The translations under genes and the position numbers were made by a program. A DNA stretch of 60,664 bases, filler included, from Trichosphaerium sp. ATCC 40318 (taxonomy: Eukaryota > Protista > Tubulinea), in assembly GCA_038496445.1 (NCBI GenBank). It is 4 parts of 4 records of this genome, joined end to end, with 100 filler letters (N's around TTAATTAATTAA, not from the genome) between each part and the next. Parts side by side here need not be neighbours in the genome. Positions count along the whole stretch, not along the records: positions 20,072 to 34,117 come from JALMLS010000263.1; positions 34,218 to 49,864 come from JALMLS010000472.1; 2 more parts are not named here. One strand, given 5' to 3'. The notes beneath the pieces are model-generated. The model worked only from the letters and a program-made list of their open reading frames with translations, did not search any database and was not told the DNA's origin. Shown here in pieces: positions 26,232-39,136 of this stretch. Each line of letters opens with the position of its first letter. The first letter of the stretch is position 1.

Positions 26232-29200
26232 ATGAGCACACGCTACGATACTTTACGGTACGTTTTAATACAGCAATAATAAATTACAGCGTCAACCTGC
26301 TTTAAAAGTACCTACCAGGCGTTAATGGCGCTGTTGTATTTATTTGCGATAGTTTTTTCACCCAACACAGGTTAAATAGAAGAAGCATACACAAATGGTG
26401 TGCGTAGTGTAGATTTGATATCTGTGCGCAGCAAGACAAGCTCTTGTCGTGGCTAGAACTCTTTTTTTTTTCTTCTATTTCAATCACGTGATTTTCTGTT
26501 TGAAGAAACCCAAACATTCTAATGTAGTCGTAGGAACCTTGAAACCCCACGCATGTTGGAATAATCACAGCTGTCCCTGGGATGCTGTTTTCACTGGTTT
26601 ACAGTCTGTTAGTGATATTCGCGTATGTGTTGTTCTATACACAAGTACTAATAAAGTTTAGGTGATTCCCAACAACCCGACAGTACTCACATCTAACAAC
26701 ATAGATGGAAGTAGAAACACATTTATTCAGTTGTTTTTACAGCATTGCTACACAAAATATCCAAAGAGGAGGAAGGAAATAGAACATAACTATGAGGAGC
26801 ATCGCTGTGAAAAATATAGCCCTGATTTTAGTGTCCATGAAATTCCAGCTATGTTAGAAGTGTTTGTGTTTCATTTCATGCATTTGCTAACTATAACAGC
26901 GGTTGCAAATGTAAAGGTGAGCATAATAAACTATTGCATCCATGCTTCTGACACATCCAGATTACAGAGTGTCACATCAGTTGCGTATTTTTGGAGCAAG
27001 AAAGCAAAAATATTCAACTGGCTCATTAAACGTCTTTCAGTTTCAAACAACTGTCTGACTTGTAGTGAGGGAGGGTTTAAGGCTGTTGAGGTATGTAACT
27101 TTATATTATTTTGAAAACAACCTAATTTGATAATGAGTGTGACATTACCGGCTTCGATTACAGTGTATCCAAATCCCAATGTTGATCAGGACATGGCCAA
27201 ATTACCTAAGACTTTAAAGCTCCATGGAAGGTATGTAAAGACAGTTAGCGTTTGCACTTACATAAGCAGAACTTGGGAGGCAGCTTACATTTTGATGTGG
27301 CAGCCTAAACCGCATCCACATTTCACTACATATGTGAATAACAATGGAACTTGGTGGTTTATTGATTGTATGACATGGAATCTAATCCTTGTACGCTATA
27401 TTCAAAGCCTTTAACTAACACATTGAAAGGGAATGCCTCTAGGGCCCACAATAATATGTGGAAAATACAGTTGGTTGTCTACAGAGGATTACAACACACT
27501 GTATCATGTAAAGAACCGTACAAATTGCGCCCAGTGAGGCAAGTAATACAAATTGACCTGATAAGTGAAAGTGACAGTTTCAGGTATGTAAATGTTGTTC
27601 CATTGCTTTACTAACATCAAACAGTGACTATATCTTCAGTGACGCTGATAGTGACGGGAGTATTCAATCAGATGTGTCTGGCAATAGTCTTGAGTTGGCA
27701 TTTACTTCCCAAAATCAAATGGAATTGCCACGGAATATAGAATCTTTTGGGCCAAATGCAGGTGTTCAAATTGTTCAAATATTGAACAAACAAACAGCGA
27801 CAGAAGCAGAAAGAAACAAAAATGGCAATCACAAGTGGCTTCTTGAAGCAACAGTAAACGCAAAAAAGGGTTCTTGTAGGTGTTTTGTGTGGGAATGCTG
27901 TAGGTAAGTAATCTATTTTTTAAACCTCACATCTTGTTTTTCTGACCAACAATAGGTTTTAGCAAAAAGTTATCTTGTAAGCTGTTAAAAAGACACCGCT
28001 CATTGGCAAACAAATTTCCAATATCTGAAACACCTATAACTACAACTATAAAAGGGCCAACTAAACTTCCAAGGCTTGTTGTACAACGTACACTGTTAAA
28101 ACTGTGGCACCAAGTAAAAAGGTCAACAAACGAAGGTTCAAGACAGAAAGATTACTGTTGATGATACGTTGTCTTAACTTCTGTCACAGAAACACCTTCT
28201 ACAAGCTCATCAACCACTGCTTCACAGCCAACTGTTGCACCAACAACAGATGCTCCAACTATTGCTGCACACAACAACAGATGCACCTAACTGGTACTTG
28301 CTTGATATTTTTTAGCTTTCTTTCTAACTGTGATAGATGCGCCAACTACACCTACAACTGCAGCCCCTACCACAGCCACACCAACAACTGATGCTCCTAC
28401 TGCAAGTACTCCAACAATAGAACCGCTAACAACAGCTTCAACTACAGATGCTCCTATCACCAAAACCCAGCTCCAACCACCAATGTACCTACGACTGAAG
28501 CTCCAACAACAAAAGCACCAACCACAGTAACACCCACTACTGAGGCTCCTACCACTGTAGCGCCTACTACAGATGCACCTACCACCGAAGCGCCAATGAC
28601 AGAAGCACCAACAACTGAAGCTCCAACTACATTGGCGCCTACTACTGAAGCACCAACAACTGAAGTGCCAACAACAGAAGCACCAACTACAGATGCGCCA
28701 ACGGCAGAAGCACCAACAACTGAGGCTCCTACAACTGGTACTCGATCGATATAATTTTTACCTTTCTCCTAACAGTGATACAGTAGCACCAACTACAGAT
28801 GCACCTACAACTGCTGCGCCTACAACAGATGCTCCAACAACTGAAGCACCAACAACAGAGGTGCCAACAACTGAGGCTCCTAATACAGAGTCACCTACTA
28901 CGGAACCTCCAACTACCGAGGCACCAACAACACAGCATCCAACTACAATGTCACCAATGACATCTCTACCATACAGAAGCGCCAACTACTGTGGCGCCTA
29001 CCACAGAGACACTGCTCCAACTACAGAAGCACCTACAACTGTAGCGCCAACAACGGAGGCTCCAACCACAGAGGTTCCACAACTGCTGCGCCAACAACAG
29101 AAGCGCCAACAACACAGCATCCAACTACAATGCCACCAATGACGCCTCCACCAACTACAGAAGCACCTACAACTGAAACTCCAACTACTGAGGGTACTTG

Positions 29201-31262
29201 ATTTATATTGTTATCGTTTTCCATCTAACAGTAATAGATGCACCAACTACACAAGCACCAAGCACAGAAGCACCAACACCTGCAACCCCTACCACTGATG
29301 CGCCAACAACGGAGGCTCCAACAACTGCAGCGCCTACTACTGAGGCTCCAACAACTGAGGCTCCTACAACCGAAGCTCCTACCACAGAGGCGCTACAACT
29401 GAGGCACCAACAACGGATGCACCAACAACCAAAGCTCCAACGACTGAAGCTCCAACTACTGCTGCTCCTACCACGGATGCATCTACAACCGAAGCTCCAA
29501 CGACAGAAGCACCAACTACAGAGGTTCCAACAACATTGGCGCCAACTACTGAGGCGCCAACAACATTGTCGCCAACAACAGAGGCACCAATAACTGCACC
29601 AACAACTGAAGCACCAACAACTGTAGCGCCTACCACTGAAGCTCCTACAACTGTAGCACCTACTACATTGGCGCCTACTACGGAGGTTCCCACGACTGAG
29701 GCGCAAACTACACGACTGAAGCTCCAACCACAGATGCACCAACAACTGAGGCTCCAACCACTGTAGCGCCTACTACAGATGCACCAACAACTGATGCACA
29801 ATGACTGAGGCTCCAACTATAGAAGCACCTACAACTGTAGCGCCAACAAGTGGTACTTTGTATTTTACTTTCTAAAGCAACTAACTTTCTTTGTAGATGC
29901 TCCTACAACTGAAGCGCCTATGACAGAACCACCAACAACGGAGGCACCAACTATAGAAGCACCAACAACTGAAGCTCCAACCACTGAAGCTCCAACTACA
30001 TAGGCTCCAACAACGGAGGCTCCAACTACAGAAGCGCCAACTACTGAGGCACCAACAACTGAAGCACCAACAACTGTAGCACCTACTACAGCAGCTCCAA
30101 CAACAGAAGCACCAACAGCTGTTGCGCCAACAACCGAAGCACCAACTACTGAAGCCCCTACTACAGAATCGCCTACAACTGATGCACCAACAACAGAGTC
30201 ACCAACTACAGCTACTCCTACAACAGCAGCACCAACAACTGAAGCTCCTACCACTGCAACCCCTACAACTGTAGCTCCTACAACTGACGCACCAACTACA
30301 GAGGCTCGTACAACTAACGCTCCAACTACGGAAGCACCAACTGATACTCCAACTACTGATGCTCCTACAACTGAAACACCTACTACTGACGCTCCAAATA
30401 CTGAAGCACCAACTACAGAGGCTCCTACAACTAACACTCCAACTACAGAAGCACCAACAACTGAAGTGCCAACAACTGAAGCTCCAACCACAGATGCACC
30501 TACTACTGAAGCACCAACAACCGTAGCACCAACTACAGATGCTCCAACCACCGAATCGCCAACTACTGAGGCTCCAACAACTGAACCACCTTCAACAGAT
30601 GCGCCTACGACTGAAACTCCAACTACTGAAGCACCTACAACTGCAGCGCCAACAAGTGGTACTTTGTATTTTACTTTCTAAAGCAACTAACTTTCTTTGT
30701 AGATGCACCAACTACAGAATCGCCTACAACTGAGGCTCCAACCACAGAGGTTCCTACAACTGCTGTGCCAACAACAGAGGCACCGAACACAGAGGCTCCA
30801 ACAACTGAAGCTCCTACAAGTGAGCACCAACTATAGTAGCTCTTACAACGGAAGCCTCAACTACAATGGTACTTGAGTGATTAATTGGACATTACTATCT
30901 CTTTTTCAACTTAACAGTATTAGAACCAACAACCGAAGCTCCAACAACAGATGTGCCAACCACAGTAGCACCAATTACAGATGCTCCTACAACTGGAGCT
31001 CCTACTAAATCTCCAACTACAAAGGCTCAATAAATGGTACTTCCTACTTTACTTTCTAGAACTAACTTTATTTACGGAGGCAACTACAATAGTACCTTCA
31101 AGTGCTTCATCAACTGCTGAGGTACCTTGTACAGATGCATCTACAACTGATGCTTGGCTTCAACTAAATAAACTACACCAAAGACGCCTACTGCATCTAA
31201 AGAAGCTGCTTTTACAAGGCACTATTTTTATGGCTACTAAAAAAGCAATTTTGACACGCTAA
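26232..31262 (+). pseudogene. Mucin-like surface protein with a long PTTEA stalk; frame-disrupted as assembled
   Basis: Exon-like segments 26660-28100 lead into PT-repeat exons separated by short introns; several frameshifts and an in-frame TAG at 30001. The 5' boundary is uncertain. Confidence 0.5.
28190..31200 (+). repeat. 15-bp coding tandem repeat encoding (A/T/V/S)PTT(E/D/A/V)
   Basis: Long runs of GCWCCWACWACWGAR-like units in several exons. Confidence 0.95.
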
Positions 31263-31756
31263 TTAAGATGATGCGAAGATGGATGTGTATTTATGTATTG
31301 TTTTAAGTGTAATTGTATATTTACATACTCGTTGGAGCCCTTTGTACATGGGCACCCAATATGGAAAGTGTGTTGGACGTGTAACATTGTCCGAAAATAA
31401 AATATGGTTTCTGTGAACACGAAAAAAACGCTGCGGATGCTGCTCAAATTTGTTTAAGATTGTGTACGAAAATAGGAGCGCTATGGACCAGTTAACATAG
31501 TCGCCTGGGTGTGGAGAGCAGGTTTAGACAAGTTTTAGACCAATTACTAAGACTGGCGACTATTCAGCGCAAGGAGATATTGATCTTCTTAGGTATAATT
31601 GGAGTAAGTAGATCTGTAACTTTAAGCTTTTTGTCACGGTTAGATACTACTGAGTGCTAGCAAAGTGAAGGAGTCAATCAAAGTAAGCATTTCAGTTTTC
31701 AAATAAAATAGCAGTATCGCAACGCATATAGAATCCCCAACGTGATATAATAAAAG

Positions 31757-32443
31757 ATGCTGTCATTACCTCTAGAGCTCCAGTATGCTATTTTTAATGA
31801 GGATTGTGAAGTGTTTATCAAATGGCCTTTGCTTTGTAAACAAACAGCAACAACAAGATTTAATTGTGATTTAAATAAGCACGGTTTGTTTAAGTCATGG
31901 CACGACAGAACAACTGTTGCAAGGCAGTGTCGATTTAAAAACAACAAAATAAACGAAGTCTATAGATACTGGAATGATAAAGGAATACTAATTGAAGAGC
32001 GTGAGTTCAAGGAAGGTGTACTTGAAGGAACAAGCAAGTCATTTTTTCCAAATGGAAAGATAGATTGTAAGCGAACTTACAAAGAAGGAAGGCTTAATGG
32101 TGAGTACTTTTTATGGTCTACTACAGGTCTTATAATGGCTAGACACTACTATAAAAATGGTAATCTAGATGGTGAATGTATTATTTGGTATAAGAATGGA
32201 CAGTTAAATGAACATTGCTTTTATAGAAAGGGAATCAGGCAAGGCGAATGTAAGACATGGCATGAGAATGGTCAATTAGAATGTCATTGTTTTTACAAGA
32301 ATGGAAAGAAGGAAGGTGCCTGTAAGAGGTGGTATCAAAGTGGTCAAATAAGAGATGATGGTACTTACAAACAAGACAAGCTTGTTGGTACATATCATTT
32401 CTGGCACAGTACAGGACAAGTCAAGCGTACCATGAACTTTTGA
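31757..32443 (+). CDS. Intronless F-box-like + MORN-variant repeat protein
   Basis: 228 aa; MLSLPLELQYAIF (F-box-like) followed by WYKNGQL / WHENGQL / YKNGKKEG repeats. Confidence 0.82.
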   Translation: MLSLPLELQYAIFNEDCEVFIKWPLLCKQTATTRFNCDLNKHGLFKSWHDRTTVARQCRFKNNKINEVYRYWNDKGILIEEREFKEGVLEGTSKSFFPNGKIDCKRTYKEGRLNGEYFLWSTTGLIMARHYYKNGNLDGECIIWYKNGQLNEHCFYRKGIRQGECKTWHENGQLECHCFYKNGKKEGACKRWYQSGQIRDDGTYKQDKLVGTYHFWHSTGQVKRTMNF

Positions 32444-32920
32444 AAATAATGTGAAAAAAGTTCAATAAACAAGAAACAAGAATACTCATTGTACATTGAC
32501 ATGAGATGGGCAAAAATACTAATCTTTTATGCCTATTTTGTTGAAATAGTAATTGAAACCAAATTAACTGACCAATGAATACGCTTGGGTTATCTATGCA
32601 CCCAGTCAATGTCAACGCTCTAATATCAGTTTTGAACTTTCATCTTGTACACATGTGATAAGAGCTCCCAGGGCTTTTATTTTTAATGATTGTGATTGTG
32701 TAAATTGTTTCTAGTCACTGAAAATCACGTGTATTTGTTAAGACTAAACAGTGAAATGTTGAAGGATTGGGTTGATATGCTTTTGTACCCTCATATACTC
32801 AGTGAATTAAAATCTATCAACTAAAAGCAATTCTGTCAACTAGTATTTTTTGTTATGTTTTGCCTGGTTTTTACCAGTTGATAAATTGAAAGAACCTTCG
32901 ATTTATTGTTTCGAATTTTA

Positions 32921-34079
32921 TTAGAAATCATCGTCCTCAACCTTTTTCTGTAATACAGAAGCATGCAATGTTACTACTATCGAATCATCAGCAAATCTTG
33001 CAGGTATAACCAAACGTCCAGGCACATCCACAACTAAAAAGAGTTACGTCAAAAAACCAAGATGATGACGTACCTTTGTTTTCGAACCTAGTTGCATCTG
33101 CAAAGAATTTAGTGGTTACTTGTCTGTCCCAACCACCTATTCTGGTTTCGACTTTTTGTAAGAAGGCATTGAATGTTATGTTGTTAAGAGGAGAGGAAGG
33201 TCCTTTCAATTTGCATGAAAAAAATGAAGATCCAGAAGAAATAACTTGTCTTGTATTCAATTGCCATCCTCCTTCAAGGTCATCTAGATTACGTTGATTA
33301 AACTTATTGTTACAACACCTTTCTATTATGTTTTGTTAGTGTACCTTTAAACTCCTGAACATCAAGATCTTGCTCTTTTGTTGCAATGACACAAATCTCG
33401 GACTTGGCTGCTTTTGGAAGCTCAGGAACAATGATGCACTCAAAATTCTATGGCACGGTTAGTACACGGCAAGTCATGCTAATAAATTTGTGCCCATACG
33501 CACGTTTGATGACACGTCGTCTTTGATACTCGTCCATTCTTTGCTGGCAGATTCTGAGATGAATACAACGCCTTGAATAATATTATCTGCTGATGATCGC
33601 TGAGATTTAAGCACTGAGTTGACGTGTTTTAATGATGTCGAATACTGTTTGTCTAATTCTGGGTTTTTTAGTGTCATAGTATGAGGCTCAAGTGCTATTT
33701 GTCCAGCCATAAATAGTAGTGGACCGACCCTTTGAACCTAAACAACACAGGTTAAACAAAAAAAGAAAACAAAACTATTAAAGGATTGCTTGACATTTAT
33801 GTCACGTTACCTGGGAGTATGGTCCTATACATGCTGGAGCCCATTCACTTATTGATTGTACGTGTAATCCACTGCGATCATTTTTAAGCGTTGTACCAAT
33901 CATTTCAAATACAATTTTGTTTGTGTTAAAGTTTGTTTCAATACAAGCTCTACCAGGTGGATTCAATCCAAAAAAAGTCTTGTAGACAGCGTTCAGCTGA
34001 GAGAATTTTGATAAATCTGACACGTATACATTTGTGAATACAACTTGTGACAACGACAATCCTTTTGAGCCTAGACACT
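32921..34079 (-). CDS. DPH6: Diphthine-ammonia ligase, C-terminal RidA/YjgF-like domains (5' part lost in gap)
   Basis: FSQLNAVYKTFFGLNPPGRACIE, LHVQSISEWAPACIGPYSQ, LFMAGQIALEP, IIVPELPKAAKSE. Confidence 0.82.
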
Positions 34080-34117
34080 CTACACAAACAAAGGTAAGAT
34101 ATTGTCAAAAATGTGTG

Positions 34118-34217
34118 NNNNNNNNNNNNNNNNNNNNNNNNNNNNNNNNNNNNNNNNNNNNTTAATTAATTAANNNNNNNNNNNNNNNNNNNNNNNNNNN
34201 NNNNNNNNNNNNNNNNN
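34118..34217. other. Assembly gap with six-frame-stop linker
   Basis: N-run, TTAATTAATTAA, N-run. Confidence 0.95.
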
Positions 34218-34254
34218 AATGGCGTTATACAGTAAAATCTTTTTTTTTTGTAGA

Positions 34255-36529
34255 CTAGATAGAATTAACACACGTACCGGATAGTAGATCAATGAACCAT
34301 TCGAAGGCATGACGATCTCTGTTGGACCAATAAAAGTGCACTTTGTTAAGGTTTGTAAGATTTCCTTCGTCTATTTGGTAACGGATGTCCTTTAGGATGG
34401 ATGCCATTGGCGTAACACCGATACCAGCTGAGAAGAGCATCAAATTCTTAAATTTGTAGAACTCCTCTGAAGCAGCTCCATAAGGCCCATCAACGAGCAG
34501 GATAGGCTTTCCGTTTGGTGCAGTCAACATGTTTTCCTGTATAACACCAATTTCTTTTTCTGGGTTGAGAAGCTGGTAGAGTTCTCCTGTCCAATCACCA
34601 ACAATCTAAATTACATTAAATCAGCAAATTTTTTTATAACCTAGCAACAGCACAACTCAAACAGTGTGCTTAACGCCTTTCACTTTAAGCCAGAAATGCA
34701 CGTAAATAAAAAATACAACTACACGTACTCGAATATGAACTGATAAGAAATCTTCGTCAGGACTACTACTGATAGTAAAAGGATGCCACTCGTAGTCAGC
34801 AATATATGGACATTGCAAAAAGATGTATTGACCTGGCTGGTAGTTGAAGGTAGCTTTCTTCATACGAATCTCCAATACGCGTGAAGGGTGTTGTATTGCC
34901 TTTAAAATAATAGTCTTTTGAGAACCACGGATGAGTCTGATAAGACGTTCAAGAGCATAGAACGAAAATGGTCCAAGAACCCAAATCCAAAAGTTTGCAC
35001 GCTCAAGTAGCTCCAATTGACCTTTTTCGTAAAGTGTAAGTGAAAGAAATACAAAAGGATTTTTTCAGTTATGAATCTACACGCGTAACACGCGTAGTTC
35101 AAATTTACAATTACTAAATACTATTTTGTAGACTTGTTTAATATGCATAAAAACGTACCGTGCGCGGCTATGAGACCATAGAAAACAATAAAGAGATGGT
35201 GAGTGTACCAAAAGGCCTCAAACATATTGCTCCTCACGTATTGCACAGCAGACGTGTACATTAGAACCATCACAATACTAGTGAGTACCCCAGTGATACC
35301 AGGAAGGCGAGCAAACACCTACAATAAAAAAATTAAATAAATAAATCTCTTTATACCAACCAACGCAACATAGTATTTAATGACGCAATGGTGACAACAA
35401 AAAAGAACGATTTGGGAAATGAAAAAAACAAAAAAAACAAAACAAAAATGAGCGAAAATGTCGTCCTTCGTTATGCTTTATAGAAGTACGTACAACAACC
35501 CAATAAGATACAGGATCAGGTGAGAGGTTCAATGCAACCAATTCATCGGATGTAGCACGGTTACTTGTGACATTCCAGAAATTAATAAAATGAGCTCCAG
35601 AATGGAATGTAACCAAAACCATTACCCACCAAGCTACGAACTTGTGGAATACTATATTCTTATCTATAGGTAGATACGTGCCAACGAATGAGCCGCGAAG
35701 ACTAAAAATCATCAGCGAAATTTTTTTTTGTTTTTTTCAAATAAGTCTTATTTAGCTTCGTTTTCTTTGCAGTATTCGAGTTGTCAGCTTGTTTTGTTTG
35801 CTCCAAAATTACGTACAAAGATAAAAAGTTTCTCAGTACGCAAACAAGAAGAAACGCCGCGTTAAACTTAATAGCAGCTGCTGTACCGCGAGCAATACAT
35901 AAACCGTGACCAAGGACCTAAAAAAGGTATTTAGCGGCTAATTTAGTTTACTTATTCTTTCTTTAAAAACAACCCATTTACTGTATTGAGCGCGTATGTT
36001 TATAGCAAAAGAGTATTTTTGCGTACTTGAAAAGGAGTAATCTGAATACCTGGTGTAAGGTCGCTTTGGTCTTGTCTTACCATGTAATCTTTGCAATGGC
36101 GTTAGCTAATTGGAATTTCGTAATAACCGTACAGTGGTACCGTTCTCCGATTAACACAATGTTAATTATAACGTAAACTATTATGAATATCAGTTTGACG
36201 CCATCATTTACCCAGTAATCGTGTATTCGTTCGCGTATTGTCTTTTTGAGTTTAGAAGCTGTTGAAGGAGTACCAACGGGATCTATTGAGCCTTGTGGGG
36301 CTGTACTTATTCCAGCCAAAGGCTCTTTGTTGCTCTTTGCCTTTTTGCCAGGTTTTGCAGCTTTAGGTTTATCAAAACTATCGTCGTCCTGTGGCGGTAG
36401 CGCTGGCGGTGCGTTAGTGTATTGCTCAGCCGATTCATCGTCGTCCATTGGAGGCAATGGCGGAAGCCCGCGAGGATTGTTCTCTTCGGGCTCAGGAGGA
36501 AGTGGTGGTGGTGCTCGATTAGATGCCAT
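34255..36529 (-). CDS. nox: NADPH oxidase catalytic subunit (gp91phox-type, Pro-rich N-extension); 3' end lost in gap
   Basis: DKNIVFHKFVA...HSGAHFIN, PGITG, FEAFWYTHHLF, YQPGQYIFL, EWHPFTISS, VGDWT, VDGPYGAAS, AGIGVTP, HFYW. Confidence 0.93.
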
Positions 36530-36671
36530 AGTGTAACAGCGCCAAACAAGTTACTTTTGTGCAGTTTTTTGATTTGGGATAAAAAAAGTCTGGCTAACCT
36601 TTAACGGCACTGACTTTGATTAAAATTGTTTGGAGTAGCTTGTAGGCGTTTATAAACGTTACCAAACCATC

Positions 36672-38811
36672 ATGTCGGCGTATTCTGAGCAAGTGCTCGT
36701 AGATAAGCTTAAAAAACTCTCAGCTACCCAACAGAGCATCCAAAGTACTTATACATATTAATTTCACGTTTTTTGAAACTTCCTTGACGAAGCGTAGCAC
36801 TTTCACATTGGATTATGTACCATCGCAAACGGTACGCTCAGAGCGTAAAGAGATGGTATTCTGAGCTACTAATTGGTGCGTTTTAACCAATAATGCGTTC
36901 AAGTCGGTTTTAATTTCTTATTACGTCTTGATTGAGCTATACGCACGTATACTAACCCTATGGTAGCTGATACAAGTCAGAAACTCACTTTTTTATATCT
37001 GGCGAACGATGTTATGCAACAGAGTCGTAGAAAGGGTGGAGAGTTTATAAAAGAGTTTTCTAGTATAATGGGAGAAGCAATAACACACGTGATAAAGTCA
37101 ACGTCAGCTGGTACAGAGAAGCAAGTTTTACGCCTTATTTCGATATGGGAGGAAAGAAGAGTATTCCCAAAGGCTTTTCTAGATCCTATTGTGGCTTCTG
37201 TTAAAGGACAAACATCAAAACCAGCAAAGGCACGAGATTTTTTGAAAGAAACTTTTTTTTTTTTTTTTTTGGTATTCTTTTTACTGTTGGATTTTTTTAG
37301 TCTCGTGTGACGCCTGCAGGATGGGTTAATTATCGTTTAAACGAACTAACAAATACATCAAAAAAAAAAAAGTTGTAAAAAAAAAATACTTAATTAAAAT
37401 GTCTCGTGTACCCTGCAAGCGTCCAGGAGAGCAACAAAACACGTGATTTATTAATCCTATTTTTTTCTTCTTCATTTTTTTTTTGTTTTTTGGATTTTGT
37501 TTCGTCTCTTCTTTGTGTATTTATTAGTTGATACTTGTTTGTGTTTATATTTATTAATGATGTATTTAGGATACTTTGATGCCTCTGGAACTTCGTCAAA
37601 GACCTGAGAAGCCTAGAAGTAATGATCCAATACAATCTATCAAAAGTTCAATAGAAAAAACATTAATGGTAAAGGATATGCTCGTAGATGATGTTAAGGC
37701 CATAAGAAGCGATTTATTAGATGGTAAATCACTAAGCGATATAAAGAGTACGTTATAGAAAGTATTTTAACCATATACACTTCTCCATTTCGCGTCAAGT
37801 GACTTTTAAAAAAAACACCTTTTCGCAACATCTATACTTTTTCTCTCCATGCTTTTTCTCGCCTACCAAATGAGTTTACCAAGTTTTAAACATGTGATTG
37901 TTTTTATGTATAATGTTTCACTTTTAGATCAACTGCAACTACGAGAACACGCTCTAGAACTCGATGAAGGATGTAAAAAACTTGAACAATTAAAAGATAG
38001 ATTGACTCAAGAAAACAAACTTCGAAATCAATTAACACAACTACTGGGTACGATTATATCTTACCGACCAATTGAATAATTTATCCGAGTATCACCTACT
38101 TCTTACACGCTTTCATTTAGAGAAAGCCTTGGAAGACAATAAAAAATCCATGGAAACAAACAAAACGGCTCTAGAAGATTGTACAAAAAAATTAGCACAA
38201 ACAGAAGAAAGAAAGCTCGATATGAAAGTACGCGAATACACCACTCACTCGCACTATACCGCCGCTTTATTCAAACATATTGCTTATTGTATCTTATAGA
38301 AGCTATTAAGTGAGTTACCTGAAGAAAAGAAAGAGGTAGTCGGAGAAAAGAGAAAAAATCAAACAGAATCAGGAGGTGTTCCTAAAAGGTCTAAAACATA
38401 CAACCCTATACAAGCTATCCTCAACCAATTACTACCTAATCAAGGTAGTAATAATATCCCACCTACTGAAGCATATATTCCTGCGACTGTGAATACTGTT
38501 TCCGGGTTAGGAGGTGTTGTTGGGTACAACGATCAACAATGGGGAAATTATGATAAAGGTCATGGTCTCAATTATGACGGCAGTCAAGGTCCTACACATT
38601 TAGGAGATTTATATAATACAACCCAAGGTACGATTTCCAGATATATTTACTAGTATACTGTTAAAAGAAACGGGTTACGCTTCAAACGTCACCAAACTGT
38701 TTTTTTTTTGAAATATATTTTTTTTTTTTTTTGATACGTTCTGTTCAAGGTGGACTGGGTACCGTTCAGACGCAGACTGCGAATGATAATAGTCAAGGAG
38801 TAATACATTAA
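36672..38811 (+). CDS. RNA Pol II CTD-interacting-domain protein (RPRD1/Rtt103 family)
   Basis: MSAYSEQVLVDKLKKLSATQQSIQ, LSHWIMYHRK, KLTFLYLANDVMQQSRRKG, RLISIWEERRVF; coiled-coil exons follow. Confidence 0.87.
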
Positions 38812-39136
38812 AAAAAGGGTGTAAGGAATCCATATCTCTTTTTCCTCTGGCTGGACTTGTTGTCACAAAGTCTGCCTCACTTGTATATCGAAGTAGTGTA
38901 CACAAAAAAAGCAATAAACCCATACACTTGTATCATACATACTTTTTCTTTAAACCTTGCTTGGTCATCAACCAAGTTTTTTTTTATAGTTTACCATTCT
39001 TATTCTTACTGATTAAGTATTAAAACAAGAGCTCTGGCGTGTTCTACTACAAAAGTACTACAAAAAAAAAACCGTCGCACGCTTTGAATCGGGTTTTGAA
39101 AAAGTCAAATGATCGAGTATTCATACCGCCTCAGTA

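Noticed and set aside
29203-30551. Minus-strand VVGAS-repeat ORFs
   Set aside because: Antisense shadows of the PTTEA repeat; splice signals are on the plus strand.
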